A stretch of 60,499 bases of DNA from Clostridia bacterium (GCA_029061155.1 JAIDSQ010000151.1:1-60499), one strand, 5' to 3'; shown: positions 46,181-55,910, numbered from the stretch's first letter. Translations and numbers: made by a program. Notes: a model not told the origin generated them from the sequence alone.

Positions 46181-47116
46181 TTAAAGCCATTCGGGCAAAG
46201 TAGATAGACTTATCAGTCTTTGCCTTTGCTCATCATCTTCTTCTCTCAATGCAAATTGTGATAACTTTAAAATAATATGTTTCAACTTTTCAAAAGTTTC
46301 TTTATTATATTTTATTGAACCGGAATATAATTGATTAAGTAATGCCATTTCCTTTCTTATAAATATTGATGGGATTACCCAATCGGATATATCTTCCCAT
46401 TCATCAATTAAACCATTTTTCCTTTTCACCGCCGTCAAAGCTTTATCACAATGTCCTTTGCAACAAGCATACGCATCAACATATTCATTGCTATTTAAAT
46501 TTTCCAATAAAACTATTATGGCTTTATTATCATGCAAATGCTCTTTAAGTAAGTCTTTACCGCAATATTCACACAACAAAGGCTCATATTTATCAAAAAT
46601 AATTGACGGCTCATTTTTTCGTGTTTTTGCCAATTCTTTTTTATAGCTCTCAGGGAAAAAGCGTTTAATTATACCATTCTTTTTTGCTTTAATAAGTTCA
46701 GTTTCAATTCTCTCGTTACTAAATATCTCAATTTTACGCCCTTTCTTTTTAAACGCATCTAATTTATTATTAAGCCCCGAAGAAGGTAGCGTGGAGTAAA
46801 ACCCAATAAACCCATCAACGCTATGTTGCTCCATTCTATCACTAATATTCTCTTCGTCTACAGAATTAACAGCTTGCCCAGAATGAGCTTTGTGTTTACA
46901 GCTTATCAACCATTTAAAATCTGCAGAAGATAACGCACCAAATTGATGCTCTACGGCAATCAAATCTTTGCCGTCATCTGCGCCCCTATTGGGCTCCGAA
47001 ACAATTTCAAAATGCAACACTTCCGAAAAAAATTCTCTTGCAAACAATTCAAAAGAATCTTGATCGCCATTTCCGGTATTAGCAGGCGGAATTTCCTTAA
47101 AATCTAATAAAGCCAT
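46181..47116 (-). CDS. Mrr-like (PD-(D/E)xK) restriction-endonuclease-fold N-terminal domain fused to an uncharacterised Cys-rich C-terminal domain
   Basis: 311 aa. GADDGKDLIAVEH...WLISCKHKAHSG...VDGFIGFYSTLPSSG follows the Mrr_cat layout. The C-terminal half carries CEYCGK...CCKGHC. AT-rich. Confidence 0.6.
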   Translation of the reverse strand: MALLDFKEIPPANTGNGDQDSFELFAREFFSEVLHFEIVSEPNRGADDGKDLIAVEHQFGALSSADFKWLISCKHKAHSGQAVNSVDEENISDRMEQHSVDGFIGFYSTLPSSGLNNKLDAFKKKGRKIEIFSNERIETELIKAKKNGIIKRFFPESYKKELAKTRKNEPSIIFDKYEPLLCEYCGKDLLKEHLHDNKAIIVLLENLNSNEYVDAYACCKGHCDKALTAVKRKNGLIDEWEDISDWVIPSIFIRKEMALLNQLYSGSIKYNKETFEKLKHIILKLSQFALREEDDEQRQRLISLSTLPEWL

Positions 47117-47174
47117 ATTTTATTTCTCCTTAATTTTTTTCAACATACGGCACAACATCTTTAATTACAATATT

Positions 47175-49745
47175 TTATTTCGTGTCAGATAAATAAGCTT
47201 CCAGCATAATTATATGCCTAACCTCTAACTCGTTTATAAAGTCTTCCATGAAATCAAAATCAATTTGACCGTCTTTTGTGGGTAACTGAATTTTGTCGTT
47301 TTTTATCTTCTCCCAAGAACACATATTTTCATATCCAAACTTCTTATTTAAGAAACAGAGGGCATTTGCTAAAAATAGCCCTTGTCTATCGGATATAACA
47401 AACTTCGGTTTTAATGAAAATACACGTGCGTGTGTAACCATTTTATAATTGAAATTGCGGTAAAAAGCAAAACCGAACATATCTACGGTAATTGTTTTTG
47501 TTTCGAAAACTTTAGCCGTAATATCTGTTTTACCTAAAATCCCGTTATTTGTTAATCCTGCAGTTATTACATAATCGCCGCATCCGTTTATGTGTGTTTT
47601 TTGTATATCAAAATCCCCATTGCTGCTTGTAAACAATTCTTCCAATTCATATTCTCCCCACTTAACACTTTGTAGCTTTTCATTAAGTTTAGTAGATATT
47701 CCGCCTAGGCTGTCATCCTCTTGATTATAACCCTTCAATACGGAAGAAACTTCCCACGAAAGATAATCGCTTACAGTTTTTTTAAAATCTTCAAGCGTCG
47801 GTTTAGTGTCTATCGGGGCGACTTGATTCCAGTCTGCGCCGTTTTCGGGATCAATATTTCCTTCGTAATATTCGTTTTCAGTAAAAATATTCAGTTTAGA
47901 TTTTCCGAAACGCACCAAATCCACTATTTCTTGGTAACGCTCTTTCGCTCTGTCAGTATCTCTCAAATTACAACTTGCTTTTTTACGGTTTGTTCTCGTA
48001 TATCCGTCGTTAGAAAAATCAATAAATTTGACCGTATCGTCTTTTTGGTGAGTTTCTCCTACGCGGAAAACATATATATTTGGATGAACGCTTGACTTGC
48101 CTATAAACAAGTCCTCAGGCATTTTTATACTTGCAAGCAAAGTGTTGTGCTTCAATATTTTTTTGTTGTATTCAATTGCTTTGCCCGAGCCCGCCGAGTT
48201 CTGTATGATAATTGCAGCATAGCCCTTATTCATCATAGAAAGAGCTCGCTCGACAAATATCATTCCCTTGCCTTCTGATGAATAAGGGGGATTAAGAACA
48301 AATGCCGTTGCCGGGAACTTTTTGTCTGTGTCGCCAAATCCGTAATTACCGTCAAAATCTTTTAACGAGTCTTTGTTCAAAATGTTTGAGCTACCGTCAC
48401 CCATCAAAATCATATTAAGTATCGCAAGCATATATACGCTTGGAAGAATTTCTAATCCAAGCAGTTGATTAGCTTTAATCGCGGCCGATTTTTTTGCAAA
48501 TTCATCGGGCGATTTTATTTTATTCTTAGCATCAATAAGCATTTCGTTCATCGATGCAACAAGAAGACCCGCCGAACCCGTAGCAAAGTCCCACACATAA
48601 GAATCTTTGTCTATGCGCGCAAGCTTTGCCAAAAGTGTAGCTATGTAAGACGGCGTTAAAACAACATCATTTAGCTTGTCTTGTGAAAAGCCAAGCCAAT
48701 TATACATTTCGTTAAACAGTTTACCAGTAAAGTCAGTTGTTAAGCCTATTTTATAGTAAATGCCCAAATCGTCTACAATCTTTGTAAATACTCGCTTTAA
48801 TTGACTTTCGCCGTTTTCCACCTTATTTATATTTTCATTAGTAAGCGTATTTTCAAGTGTACGAACAATTAAATCCTTCTTTGTTTGAGGTATCTTTTTT
48901 TCCTTTAGAAAACCTTTAATTTTGCGCAAAATTATATCGCCGTCGCGGTTTCCGTCTTCGGTGGAAGATTTTAAATCTGACTTATCAAGAATTGGAACTT
49001 TATTTGGTATTCCAATTGTTGCAATAATCGACGCGGCAACAAGATAAACGCGGTCGTTTTCTCCAAGTCCTTTTTCATTTTGATATATGTCATTATTCAG
49101 TTTTACAAGGCTTGCGTCGATTTCGCGTTCACGCTGCTCTTTCAGTTTGTCAATTTCTTCTTGCGTTAATTGCAAGCGCTTAACTTTTTCAATAAACTCG
49201 TCAAAATTCTCTTTTTTGAGAAATGAAAAATCGCTATATTCTCCAACTTCTTGTCCTATACCAAAATTACTTTTAGATACAAAATATACACTGATTTTAT
49301 GTTGCAGTATTCCTCTTTCGTCTTTATAGCCAGTCATACCAATAGCAATAATGTCGGTATAACTTGTATAGTGCATAATAGCATTTGCGTAATGCACTGC
49401 GCCGTTTACAGCATATGAATTAATGTTTTTAAAGTCAGGAGTGTTCTTTGCTGTTTTATTTGCTACCTTTCCATCATCGTTTAATTTAATCAACTTATCC
49501 TTATAGCCTTTATATTCTATTAAAATAGGATAGTCAACTAAATTTTTGTCACGTAGTAATAGTTTAGCGTCAGGGCGATTGCCGCCAACTCCGCCATTTT
49601 TAGAAGCATAATCGTTGAGTGCTTGATCTATCGCTGTATTTAGCGATTCCTGTTCTAATTTGTAATCCAACCCGTATGATTTAAGCCATCCATTTGCTAA
49701 ATCAGCAATATTGGGCTCAACTGATTGAATAGTTGCTTTTGCCAT
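47175..49745 (-). CDS. Single-chain Type IIG-like restriction-modification-specificity enzyme (PD-ExK nuclease plus gamma-class N6-adenine methyltransferase plus one HsdS-type TRD)
   Basis: Start set at MAKATIQ, with AGGAG upstream. RPDAKLL...ILIEYKG is a PD..ExK motif, VWDFATGSAGLL is motif I, and VLNPPYS is motif IV. The C-terminal ~190 aa resembles a Type I S-subunit target-recognition domain. Confidence 0.7.
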   Translation of the reverse strand: MAKATIQSVEPNIADLANGWLKSYGLDYKLEQESLNTAIDQALNDYASKNGGVGGNRPDAKLLLRDKNLVDYPILIEYKGYKDKLIKLNDDGKVANKTAKNTPDFKNINSYAVNGAVHYANAIMHYTSYTDIIAIGMTGYKDERGILQHKISVYFVSKSNFGIGQEVGEYSDFSFLKKENFDEFIEKVKRLQLTQEEIDKLKEQREREIDASLVKLNNDIYQNEKGLGENDRVYLVAASIIATIGIPNKVPILDKSDLKSSTEDGNRDGDIILRKIKGFLKEKKIPQTKKDLIVRTLENTLTNENINKVENGESQLKRVFTKIVDDLGIYYKIGLTTDFTGKLFNEMYNWLGFSQDKLNDVVLTPSYIATLLAKLARIDKDSYVWDFATGSAGLLVASMNEMLIDAKNKIKSPDEFAKKSAAIKANQLLGLEILPSVYMLAILNMILMGDGSSNILNKDSLKDFDGNYGFGDTDKKFPATAFVLNPPYSSEGKGMIFVERALSMMNKGYAAIIIQNSAGSGKAIEYNKKILKHNTLLASIKMPEDLFIGKSSVHPNIYVFRVGETHQKDDTVKFIDFSNDGYTRTNRKKASCNLRDTDRAKERYQEIVDLVRFGKSKLNIFTENEYYEGNIDPENGADWNQVAPIDTKPTLEDFKKTVSDYLSWEVSSVLKGYNQEDDSLGGISTKLNEKLQSVKWGEYELEELFTSSNGDFDIQKTHINGCGDYVITAGLTNNGILGKTDITAKVFETKTITVDMFGFAFYRNFNYKMVTHARVFSLKPKFVISDRQGLFLANALCFLNKKFGYENMCSWEKIKNDKIQLPTKDGQIDFDFMEDFINELEVRHIIMLEAYLSDTK

Positions 49746-50090
49746 TTTCTGCACTCCTAAACACAAATTCGTATAATTATAATAACATAATTTCCGCAAA
49801 AATCATAGTTTTTCGACACATAGTTTCAAATAATATAACAAAATGTAACTTATCTATTGTTTTATGAAACTACATTCACGCATTTAGACGACTGAATTCT
49901 GTGAAAATGTCATAATTTTAGGACATTTTCAACATCCCAACACATTCAAGTCTGACAAGGAGGGGCATATAGGTCAGCTTCGCAAAGCTGTGTTGAACTA
50001 AAATTATCGTGCTATTTTTGGCATAAAAAAAGACCGACCGCGTAAATGTTACAAACTTACACGAGCGGTTTTTGCCCTTTTTTGCCTAAA

Positions 50091-50116
50091 ATAGCCCGTT
50101 TTTAGGGCTATTTTTT
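50091..50116. terminator. Intrinsic terminator downstream of the ABC operon (usable on both strands)
   Basis: atagccc-gttttta-gggctat followed by ttttt, with aaaa on the other side. Confidence 0.65.
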
Positions 50117-50119
50117 GAT

Positions 50120-50141
50120 TTGCACCCAAATTGCACCCAAA
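50120..50141 (+). repeat. Perfect tandem 11-mer TTGCACCCAAA x2
   Basis: ttgcacccaaattgcacccaaa, directly after hairpin 50091-50116. Confidence 0.7.
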
Positions 50142-50205
50142 ATTTTAAAGGCTAAAACGTTGCACTAATATGCAAGGGACCAATAATCCTTTTGCTATAT
50201 GCGCT

Positions 50206-50958
50206 TTATACCAAACTTGTTTTATTCAGTATTACGTTACTAACTGCGCCGAGACCTACTGCAAATAACGCTCCGCCCGCAAGCGTCATAATTACGTGTA
50301 TGAAGTTTGCGTTGAGCGGCGTCATCATAGGTATCATCATAAACATAAACGCACCAACACCGAGCGACAGAAGTATTGAGAGCCATGTGCGCTGTTTTGC
50401 TACGACTGCGAAAGTTAAGAATACCGAGACAAACACCGCAACAAGGAATATTTTAGCAAGCATACAAGCGAATATTCCGCCCGCATTGAAGCCTTCCATT
50501 GTGAAAGGAAGTCCCGCAATTGCGCCGCCTAACATGGCGCCGACAAAGAACGCAAGCATCATTATCGCACCGCCGACAAAGCATACGAGCGTTTTAGAAA
50601 AAACGTAGTCAACCTTTTTCGAACGTACTGTAAACAAGTTCTTTGCGTAACCGCTTCTGAAATCTTCCGCCGTGAATACGCACACAAGCACCGAAATCAG
50701 AAAGTACAGCAAATTCATATTGCACATAGTTGTCAGGTCCATTGACATACCCGCACTTTCGCCGCCGCTGACGGAGCTTATAGCCCGCCAAACGTTCGTG
50801 AACATTGCACCGCCTTCTTCCGCCCCGCCCATCGTGGAAGTCATTACGAGAATGAGGATAGGCATTGCAAGGCTTACTCCCGCCATTATGTAAACAAGCG
50901 GCATTGTGAACATTCTTTTAAAGTCCACCTTGAGCATACTCTTTATTCTTTTTAACAT
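50206..50958 (-). CDS. ABC-2-type transporter permease
   Basis: 250 aa, about 6 TM, immediately downstream of an ABC ATPase. Confidence 0.75.
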   Translation of the reverse strand: MLKRIKSMLKVDFKRMFTMPLVYIMAGVSLAMPILILVMTSTMGGAEEGGAMFTNVWRAISSVSGGESAGMSMDLTTMCNMNLLYFLISVLVCVFTAEDFRSGYAKNLFTVRSKKVDYVFSKTLVCFVGGAIMMLAFFVGAMLGGAIAGLPFTMEGFNAGGIFACMLAKIFLVAVFVSVFLTFAVVAKQRTWLSILLSLGVGAFMFMMIPMMTPLNANFIHVIMTLAGGALFAVGLGAVSNVILNKTSLV

Positions 50959-50959
50959 T

Positions 50960-51862
50960 TCAGCGCCCCTCCTTCATTAAGTCGATATAGTATTCTTCCA
51001 GACCGATCTTGCTAGTTTTGATTTCCGTAACGGCGATATTGAGTTCGTTATACAGATAAGAAACAACGTTTTCGGCTTTCACCGCGTCATATATGCGGAT
51101 GTATTCTTCTTCGTCCGTCTCGACGCGGGCATATCTGCGTTCGAGAACGGCTCTTGCCTCTTCCATGTTTTTGGCTTTAAGCGCGACGTAAGTACGGCAG
51201 TTTGCATTGAGTTCTTCGGCAGTCATTTCGGCTATCATTCTGCCGCCGCGCACTATTCCGTAGTGCGTTGCTATCTTTTCCAGTTCGCCGAGTATGTGCG
51301 ACGAGATAACAACCGTACAGTTATAATTTTTGGTAACGTCCGTTAAGACTTCGCGCATTATTCTCATACCGTCGGCGTCCAAGCCGTTGATAGGCTCGTC
51401 GAGAATTAAAAGCGTGGGATTGCCGAGAAGTGCAAACGCAATGCCTATACGCTGTTTCATACCGAGCGAACAGTTCTTGAACTTATTGCTTGCCGAGCCT
51501 TCCATGTGAACGACTTTTAAAACTTTCCGCACTTCTTCTTCGGCGTTCTCTATTCCGAGATTTGCCGCCTGAAGCATCATATTGTTCCATACGCTGTAGT
51601 TGGGGAAACAACCGGGCTGTTCGATAAGTACGCCTATTTTTGACCTCGTATCCGGGTCCTTGTAGTCCTTTCCAAACAGCTTCACCTCGCCACCGCTCGG
51701 AAGTATAAGTCCGCAGATTATCTTTTCGGTTGTGGATTTGCCCGAACCGTTCTCGCCGATAAAGCCGTATATTGCGCCCTGAGGAACGGTCATATTCAAG
51801 CCGTTCAACGCCTGCTTCTGACCGAAGTTTTTAGATAAATTTCTTATTTCTATTGCGTTCAT
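50960..51862 (-). CDS. ABC transporter ATP-binding protein
   Basis: 300 aa, Walker A GENGSGKST, signature SLGMKQR, Walker B LLILDEP. Confidence 0.9.
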   Translation of the reverse strand: MNAIEIRNLSKNFGQKQALNGLNMTVPQGAIYGFIGENGSGKSTTEKIICGLILPSGGEVKLFGKDYKDPDTRSKIGVLIEQPGCFPNYSVWNNMMLQAANLGIENAEEEVRKVLKVVHMEGSASNKFKNCSLGMKQRIGIAFALLGNPTLLILDEPINGLDADGMRIMREVLTDVTKNYNCTVVISSHILGELEKIATHYGIVRGGRMIAEMTAEELNANCRTYVALKAKNMEEARAVLERRYARVETDEEEYIRIYDAVKAENVVSYLYNELNIAVTEIKTSKIGLEEYYIDLMKEGR

Positions 51863-51872
51863 ATTACACCTC

Positions 51873-52694
51873 TTAATAACAGTCCCTCTTGTTGAGAATC
51901 AGCGTTCCCAAAACGTTGTAGACAACCGCCCAGACAACCGAGTTCATAAGGCAGATAAACAAAGTCAAAGCGTTGGATGTCAGGCAGGCGTACACCGACG
52001 AGCCGTAAAGGAAGATATTGAGTGCGGGCGTATTGCCTATAACCGCCGCAGCGCCTATTACGGGAATACCCGTACCGAGCACGAAGCAAAGAGCGATTGA
52101 TATGCCGAACTTACTGCGGAAGATTACGTTGATAAACGTGTACAGGCTCGCCCAGCCCAGGCTCATAATCATCTTGCCGAGTATGGCGCATATAAGCGAA
52201 CCTGCGTTGATAGTAAACGGCAACCCCGTACCTGCACCAGCAATCATTCCGCCGATAAGATATGTTCCGCACATACAAACCATGGAAAACGCACCGAGCA
52301 GGGACTTTGAAATCATATAATCCTCTTTCTTCGAGTGCGTGGTGAAAAGCTGTTTTACATAGCCGCTCTTGTAGTCGTGTCCGATGAAAATGGAAATCAT
52401 TATTCCGCCGAAAATGAATACCATATTCATATTCGCATAGTCGCCCATATCATTTATGATATACAACGGCTTACTTGCGGCGATAATCTGCCAAGCGTTA
52501 CTGAACATACCTGCCGTTTCGCCTTCGCCGCCCATAGCGCCCATTGATACAAGTGCAGGAATTAAAGCGGCTATTACAAGGAAGATATAGAGTAGCGGCG
52601 TATGGAACAGACGGTAGAAGTCCACGCCGAGCATACCCTTAAGCCTTTTGAAAAAACTCGGTTTTTCAAACTGTAACATTGCTACGTTTTCCAT
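51873..52694 (-). CDS. ABC-2-type transporter permease
   Basis: 273 aa, about 6 TM, paralogous in layout to 50206-50958. Confidence 0.75.
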   Translation of the reverse strand: MENVAMLQFEKPSFFKRLKGMLGVDFYRLFHTPLLYIFLVIAALIPALVSMGAMGGEGETAGMFSNAWQIIAASKPLYIINDMGDYANMNMVFIFGGIMISIFIGHDYKSGYVKQLFTTHSKKEDYMISKSLLGAFSMVCMCGTYLIGGMIAGAGTGLPFTINAGSLICAILGKMIMSLGWASLYTFINVIFRSKFGISIALCFVLGTGIPVIGAAAVIGNTPALNIFLYGSSVYACLTSNALTLFICLMNSVVWAVVYNVLGTLILNKRDCY

Positions 52695-52696
52695 AA

Positions 52697-53599
52697 TTAT
52701 GCTTCCTCCTTGTTACTCATAAGTTCGATATAATACTCTTCCAGACCGACTTTATTTTTGGCAATTTCACTCACAACGTGCCCATTTTTAAGTAAGTGTC
52801 TGACTATTGCTTCGGTGTCGTCAACGTCGTATACGCGGATATAGTCCTCTTCCTCTCTGACGTTGTAGAACATATCGCGTAAAACTGCTTTTGCCCCCTG
52901 CATATCCTTGACTTTCAATGAAACGAACGTGCGCGAACGCGAATCCATTGCCTCGGCGGAAAGCTCCTGAATGAGCTTACCTTGACGAATAATGCCGTAG
53001 TGGGTTGCTATCTTTTCAAGCTCGCCGAGTATGTGCGACGAGATGAGAACGGTACAGCCCAAGTTCTGCGTAATGTCTACTATGATTTCGCGCATAATTC
53101 TCATACCGTCCGTATCCAGTCCGTTTATTGGTTCGTCCAGAATGAGAAGCGCGGGATTGCCGAGAAGCGCCATTGCAATGCCTATTCGCTGTTTCATACC
53201 GAGAGAGCAGCTTTTGAATTTGATTTTTGCGTTATCTTCCATACGCACAATTTTAAGTACACGGTTGATTTCTTCCTCGCGGTTCTGAATACCCAGATTA
53301 AGCGCCTGCATCATCAGATTTGCGTGGACGCTGGAATTGGGGAAGCAGCCGGCGCTTTCTATAAGCGCCCCTACTCTTGCGCGGACTCCCGCGTCCGTAT
53401 AAGGTTTGCCGAACAGTTTTATTTCGCCTTTATCGGGAACAAGGTGTCCGCAGATAAGTTTTTCGGTAGTCGACTTGCCCGAACCGTTTTCGCCGATAAA
53501 GCCGTATATCGCTCCGACGGGAACGGTCATAGAAAGGTTATCCACCGCATACATTCCGCGGAAACTTTTTGTCAAGCCTCTTATTTCTATTGCGTTCAT
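52697..53599 (-). CDS. ABC transporter ATP-binding protein (paralog of 50960-51862)
   Basis: 300 aa, same motifs, alignable end to end with the other ATPase. Confidence 0.9.
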   Translation of the reverse strand: MNAIEIRGLTKSFRGMYAVDNLSMTVPVGAIYGFIGENGSGKSTTEKLICGHLVPDKGEIKLFGKPYTDAGVRARVGALIESAGCFPNSSVHANLMMQALNLGIQNREEEINRVLKIVRMEDNAKIKFKSCSLGMKQRIGIAMALLGNPALLILDEPINGLDTDGMRIMREIIVDITQNLGCTVLISSHILGELEKIATHYGIIRQGKLIQELSAEAMDSRSRTFVSLKVKDMQGAKAVLRDMFYNVREEEDYIRVYDVDDTEAIVRHLLKNGHVVSEIAKNKVGLEEYYIELMSNKEEA

Positions 53600-53650
53600 T
53601 TCTATCCTCCTGTTTGTTACAGTTATATTTTAATTAATTTTTTCACCAAA

Positions 53651-53697
53651 CACCACAACACAAAAACCAAATTGTGTCGGTTTCTGAAAAATTTTTA
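53651..53697 (-). promoter_or_regulatory. Operator/promoter cassette copy 1 (ACAACACA-N10-TGTGTCGG)
   Basis: caccacaacacaaaaaccaaattgtgtcggtttctgaaaaattttta, 52-98 nt upstream of the ABC ATPase start. Near-identical to 56546-56593. Confidence 0.75.
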
Positions 53698-54336
53698 GTC
53701 TTTTTCAAATCCGTTAAAACCGCAAATGCGTAAGTATATTTTGTGATTAAGTAATTTATCGGCTATGAGTGTTACGAAAAACACAGCACTTCCCGCCATA
53801 GCTATCATAATATCTTCCATTGTATCGGCAAGAGGGGATTTACCCAAAGCAACGGATTCCAAAACACGCTGTGCGTCTCCGCCCGTAACTGCGTCGGCTA
53901 AATATTCCCAAACTTCCCAAAGCGCCGCAATTCCCATTGTGAAAGCAAAGATGATCAGCATAAAACCAATCGGATTTAATTTGGTGCCGTTCCATCTTAA
54001 CATAAAAACGAATATTACAAGGCTGCACACAAAACCGAATATCCCGTGCATAATCAAGTCCCAACACAGAACCTTGTCGTATAAGCCCAATGCGCTTCCT
54101 AAACCGCAGGCTGAAAATACGAACACCGCAGAAATAACCGATAAGATAAGCGGCAACGGTTTTTTTGAAATTACTCCGTAAACCGGAAACGCAAACGGCA
54201 GTAAAGACGAAACCAATAATTCAAGATACATTGTTGCCTTACCGCCGTCAATAACGGCATAAATAATACATAGTCCAACCGAAATCAGTTCCGATATTAT
54301 CCCCGGTAACCATTGAATAAGATTTTTTACTTTCAT
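53695..54336 (-). CDS. Hypothetical polytopic membrane protein
   Basis: 213 aa, about 6 TM, WDLIMHG.FGF and WEVWEY motifs. Family not confidently recognised. Confidence 0.6.
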   Translation of the reverse strand: MKVKNLIQWLPGIISELISVGLCIIYAVIDGGKATMYLELLVSSLLPFAFPVYGVISKKPLPLILSVISAVFVFSACGLGSALGLYDKVLCWDLIMHGIFGFVCSLVIFVFMLRWNGTKLNPIGFMLIIFAFTMGIAALWEVWEYLADAVTGGDAQRVLESVALGKSPLADTMEDIMIAMAGSAVFFVTLIADKLLNHKIYLRICGFNGFEKD

Positions 54337-54350
54337 TTGTACCTCTTAAA

Positions 54351-55910
54351 TTACAGTAACGGTGAAAATACTTTTACCATTGCGCGGACAAATCTTTGCC
54401 ATAAGTTTTCTTTCAACATGCCGCTGCCGACTTGTATAGACTTTGCCTGCGTATCAAAAATATCTTTCTTTATATCTTCCAAAACCTTATGCTTGTATAT
54501 CCATACGCCGTTTTCGAAATGATGTACGAGCGAACGGTAGTCCATATTTATTGTCCCCACGATAGCCGTTTCATCGTCGGAAAGGTAGGTTTTGGCATGA
54601 ACAAATCCGCTTTCGTATTCATAGATGTTTACGCCCGCTTTCAAAAGAAGTGCATAATGGCTGCGCGTCATTAAAAATACCAGTTTCTTGTCGGGGATAT
54701 GCGGCGTTATTATACGGACGTCCACACCGCGCATAGCTGTATTTTCAAGAGTCTGAATAAGCTCATTGTCTATAATCAGATAGGGCGTAGTTATATAAAC
54801 GTACCGCTTTGCCTGGTTCAGCATATTGAGTATAGCGGTTTTTGCGACCTGCCTTTCGTATATCGGTTTGGGACCGTCCCCGAACGGAATACAATATCCG
54901 TCCTGCTTACAGACCTCGTTTCCAAAATAATCGGCAAAGTTGTCTTCGGCTTTCTTGTCGTTTAAACCGTAGTCTATTAAGAACAATCTTGTCAGTTCGT
55001 TTACCGCTTCGCCCTGCATACGCAAGCCCGCGTCCTTCCAATGCCCGAAGCGTTCAATGCGGTTTATGTATTCGTCGGCAATATTTACGCCGCCCGTATA
55101 ACCCACTTTGCCGTCAATAACCGTTATTTTCCTATGGCTGCGGTTATTGAACTCATTGTTGGCTTGCCCCCGAAGGCGCGAGAACGGAACTGCTTTTATC
55201 CCGAGTTTTCTTAGCTGTTTATGGTAACTGCCGGGCAAAGTCATCATACAGCCGATATCGTCATAGACAACGCGCACTTCAACGCCGCTCTTTGCTTTCT
55301 TTTTGAGTATTTCTAAAATCGTGTTCCAGAATAGTCCGCCCTCTATTATGAAGTATTCCATAAAGATAAACTTTTCGGCTTTTTTCAGATCCTCGACCAT
55401 AGCTGCGAACAAATTTTCGCCGAGCGGGAAATACCGTATATCGGTATTTGCATAAATGTGGGAATCTGACAGCTTCTTTAAAATGGCGGCTTGCGAAACG
55501 ATTATTTCATCCTGCGAACTTAATTGTGCAAGCAGACCCGTATCGTCTTTTTTTATGCGCTGTTTTGTCAGCCTGTCCATCCTCTTGATCTGCTTTTTGT
55601 TCAGCTTGCGCGAATAGAACATAAAATAAAGCATAAAACCGACAATGGGAATAAGCATAACGAAAAACAGCCACGGCAATTTATAGTCTGGATTATCTTT
55701 GCGGTTTATAATTGCTATCGCAACGCCGAACTGTGTGGCGACCACGGCAAAATAGAAGTACGGGACGTATATCGTAATAAACGACATTACCGCAATTACG
55801 GCAAGCGTTTCCAACACTACAAGAAAAATTGCAACGATATAGCGGAACGGAATATAATTTATTTCCCGTCCCGTATTTTTTATCGGGTCGACTATGATTT
55901 TCTTTTTCAT
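54351..55910 (-). CDS. cls: Cardiolipin synthase
   Basis: 519 aa, two N-terminal TMs and two HKD motifs (HRKITVIDG, HAKTYLSDD). Confidence 0.9.
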   Translation of the reverse strand: MKKKIIVDPIKNTGREINYIPFRYIVAIFLVVLETLAVIAVMSFITIYVPYFYFAVVATQFGVAIAIINRKDNPDYKLPWLFFVMLIPIVGFMLYFMFYSRKLNKKQIKRMDRLTKQRIKKDDTGLLAQLSSQDEIIVSQAAILKKLSDSHIYANTDIRYFPLGENLFAAMVEDLKKAEKFIFMEYFIIEGGLFWNTILEILKKKAKSGVEVRVVYDDIGCMMTLPGSYHKQLRKLGIKAVPFSRLRGQANNEFNNRSHRKITVIDGKVGYTGGVNIADEYINRIERFGHWKDAGLRMQGEAVNELTRLFLIDYGLNDKKAEDNFADYFGNEVCKQDGYCIPFGDGPKPIYERQVAKTAILNMLNQAKRYVYITTPYLIIDNELIQTLENTAMRGVDVRIITPHIPDKKLVFLMTRSHYALLLKAGVNIYEYESGFVHAKTYLSDDETAIVGTINMDYRSLVHHFENGVWIYKHKVLEDIKKDIFDTQAKSIQVGSGMLKENLWQRFVRAMVKVFSPLL

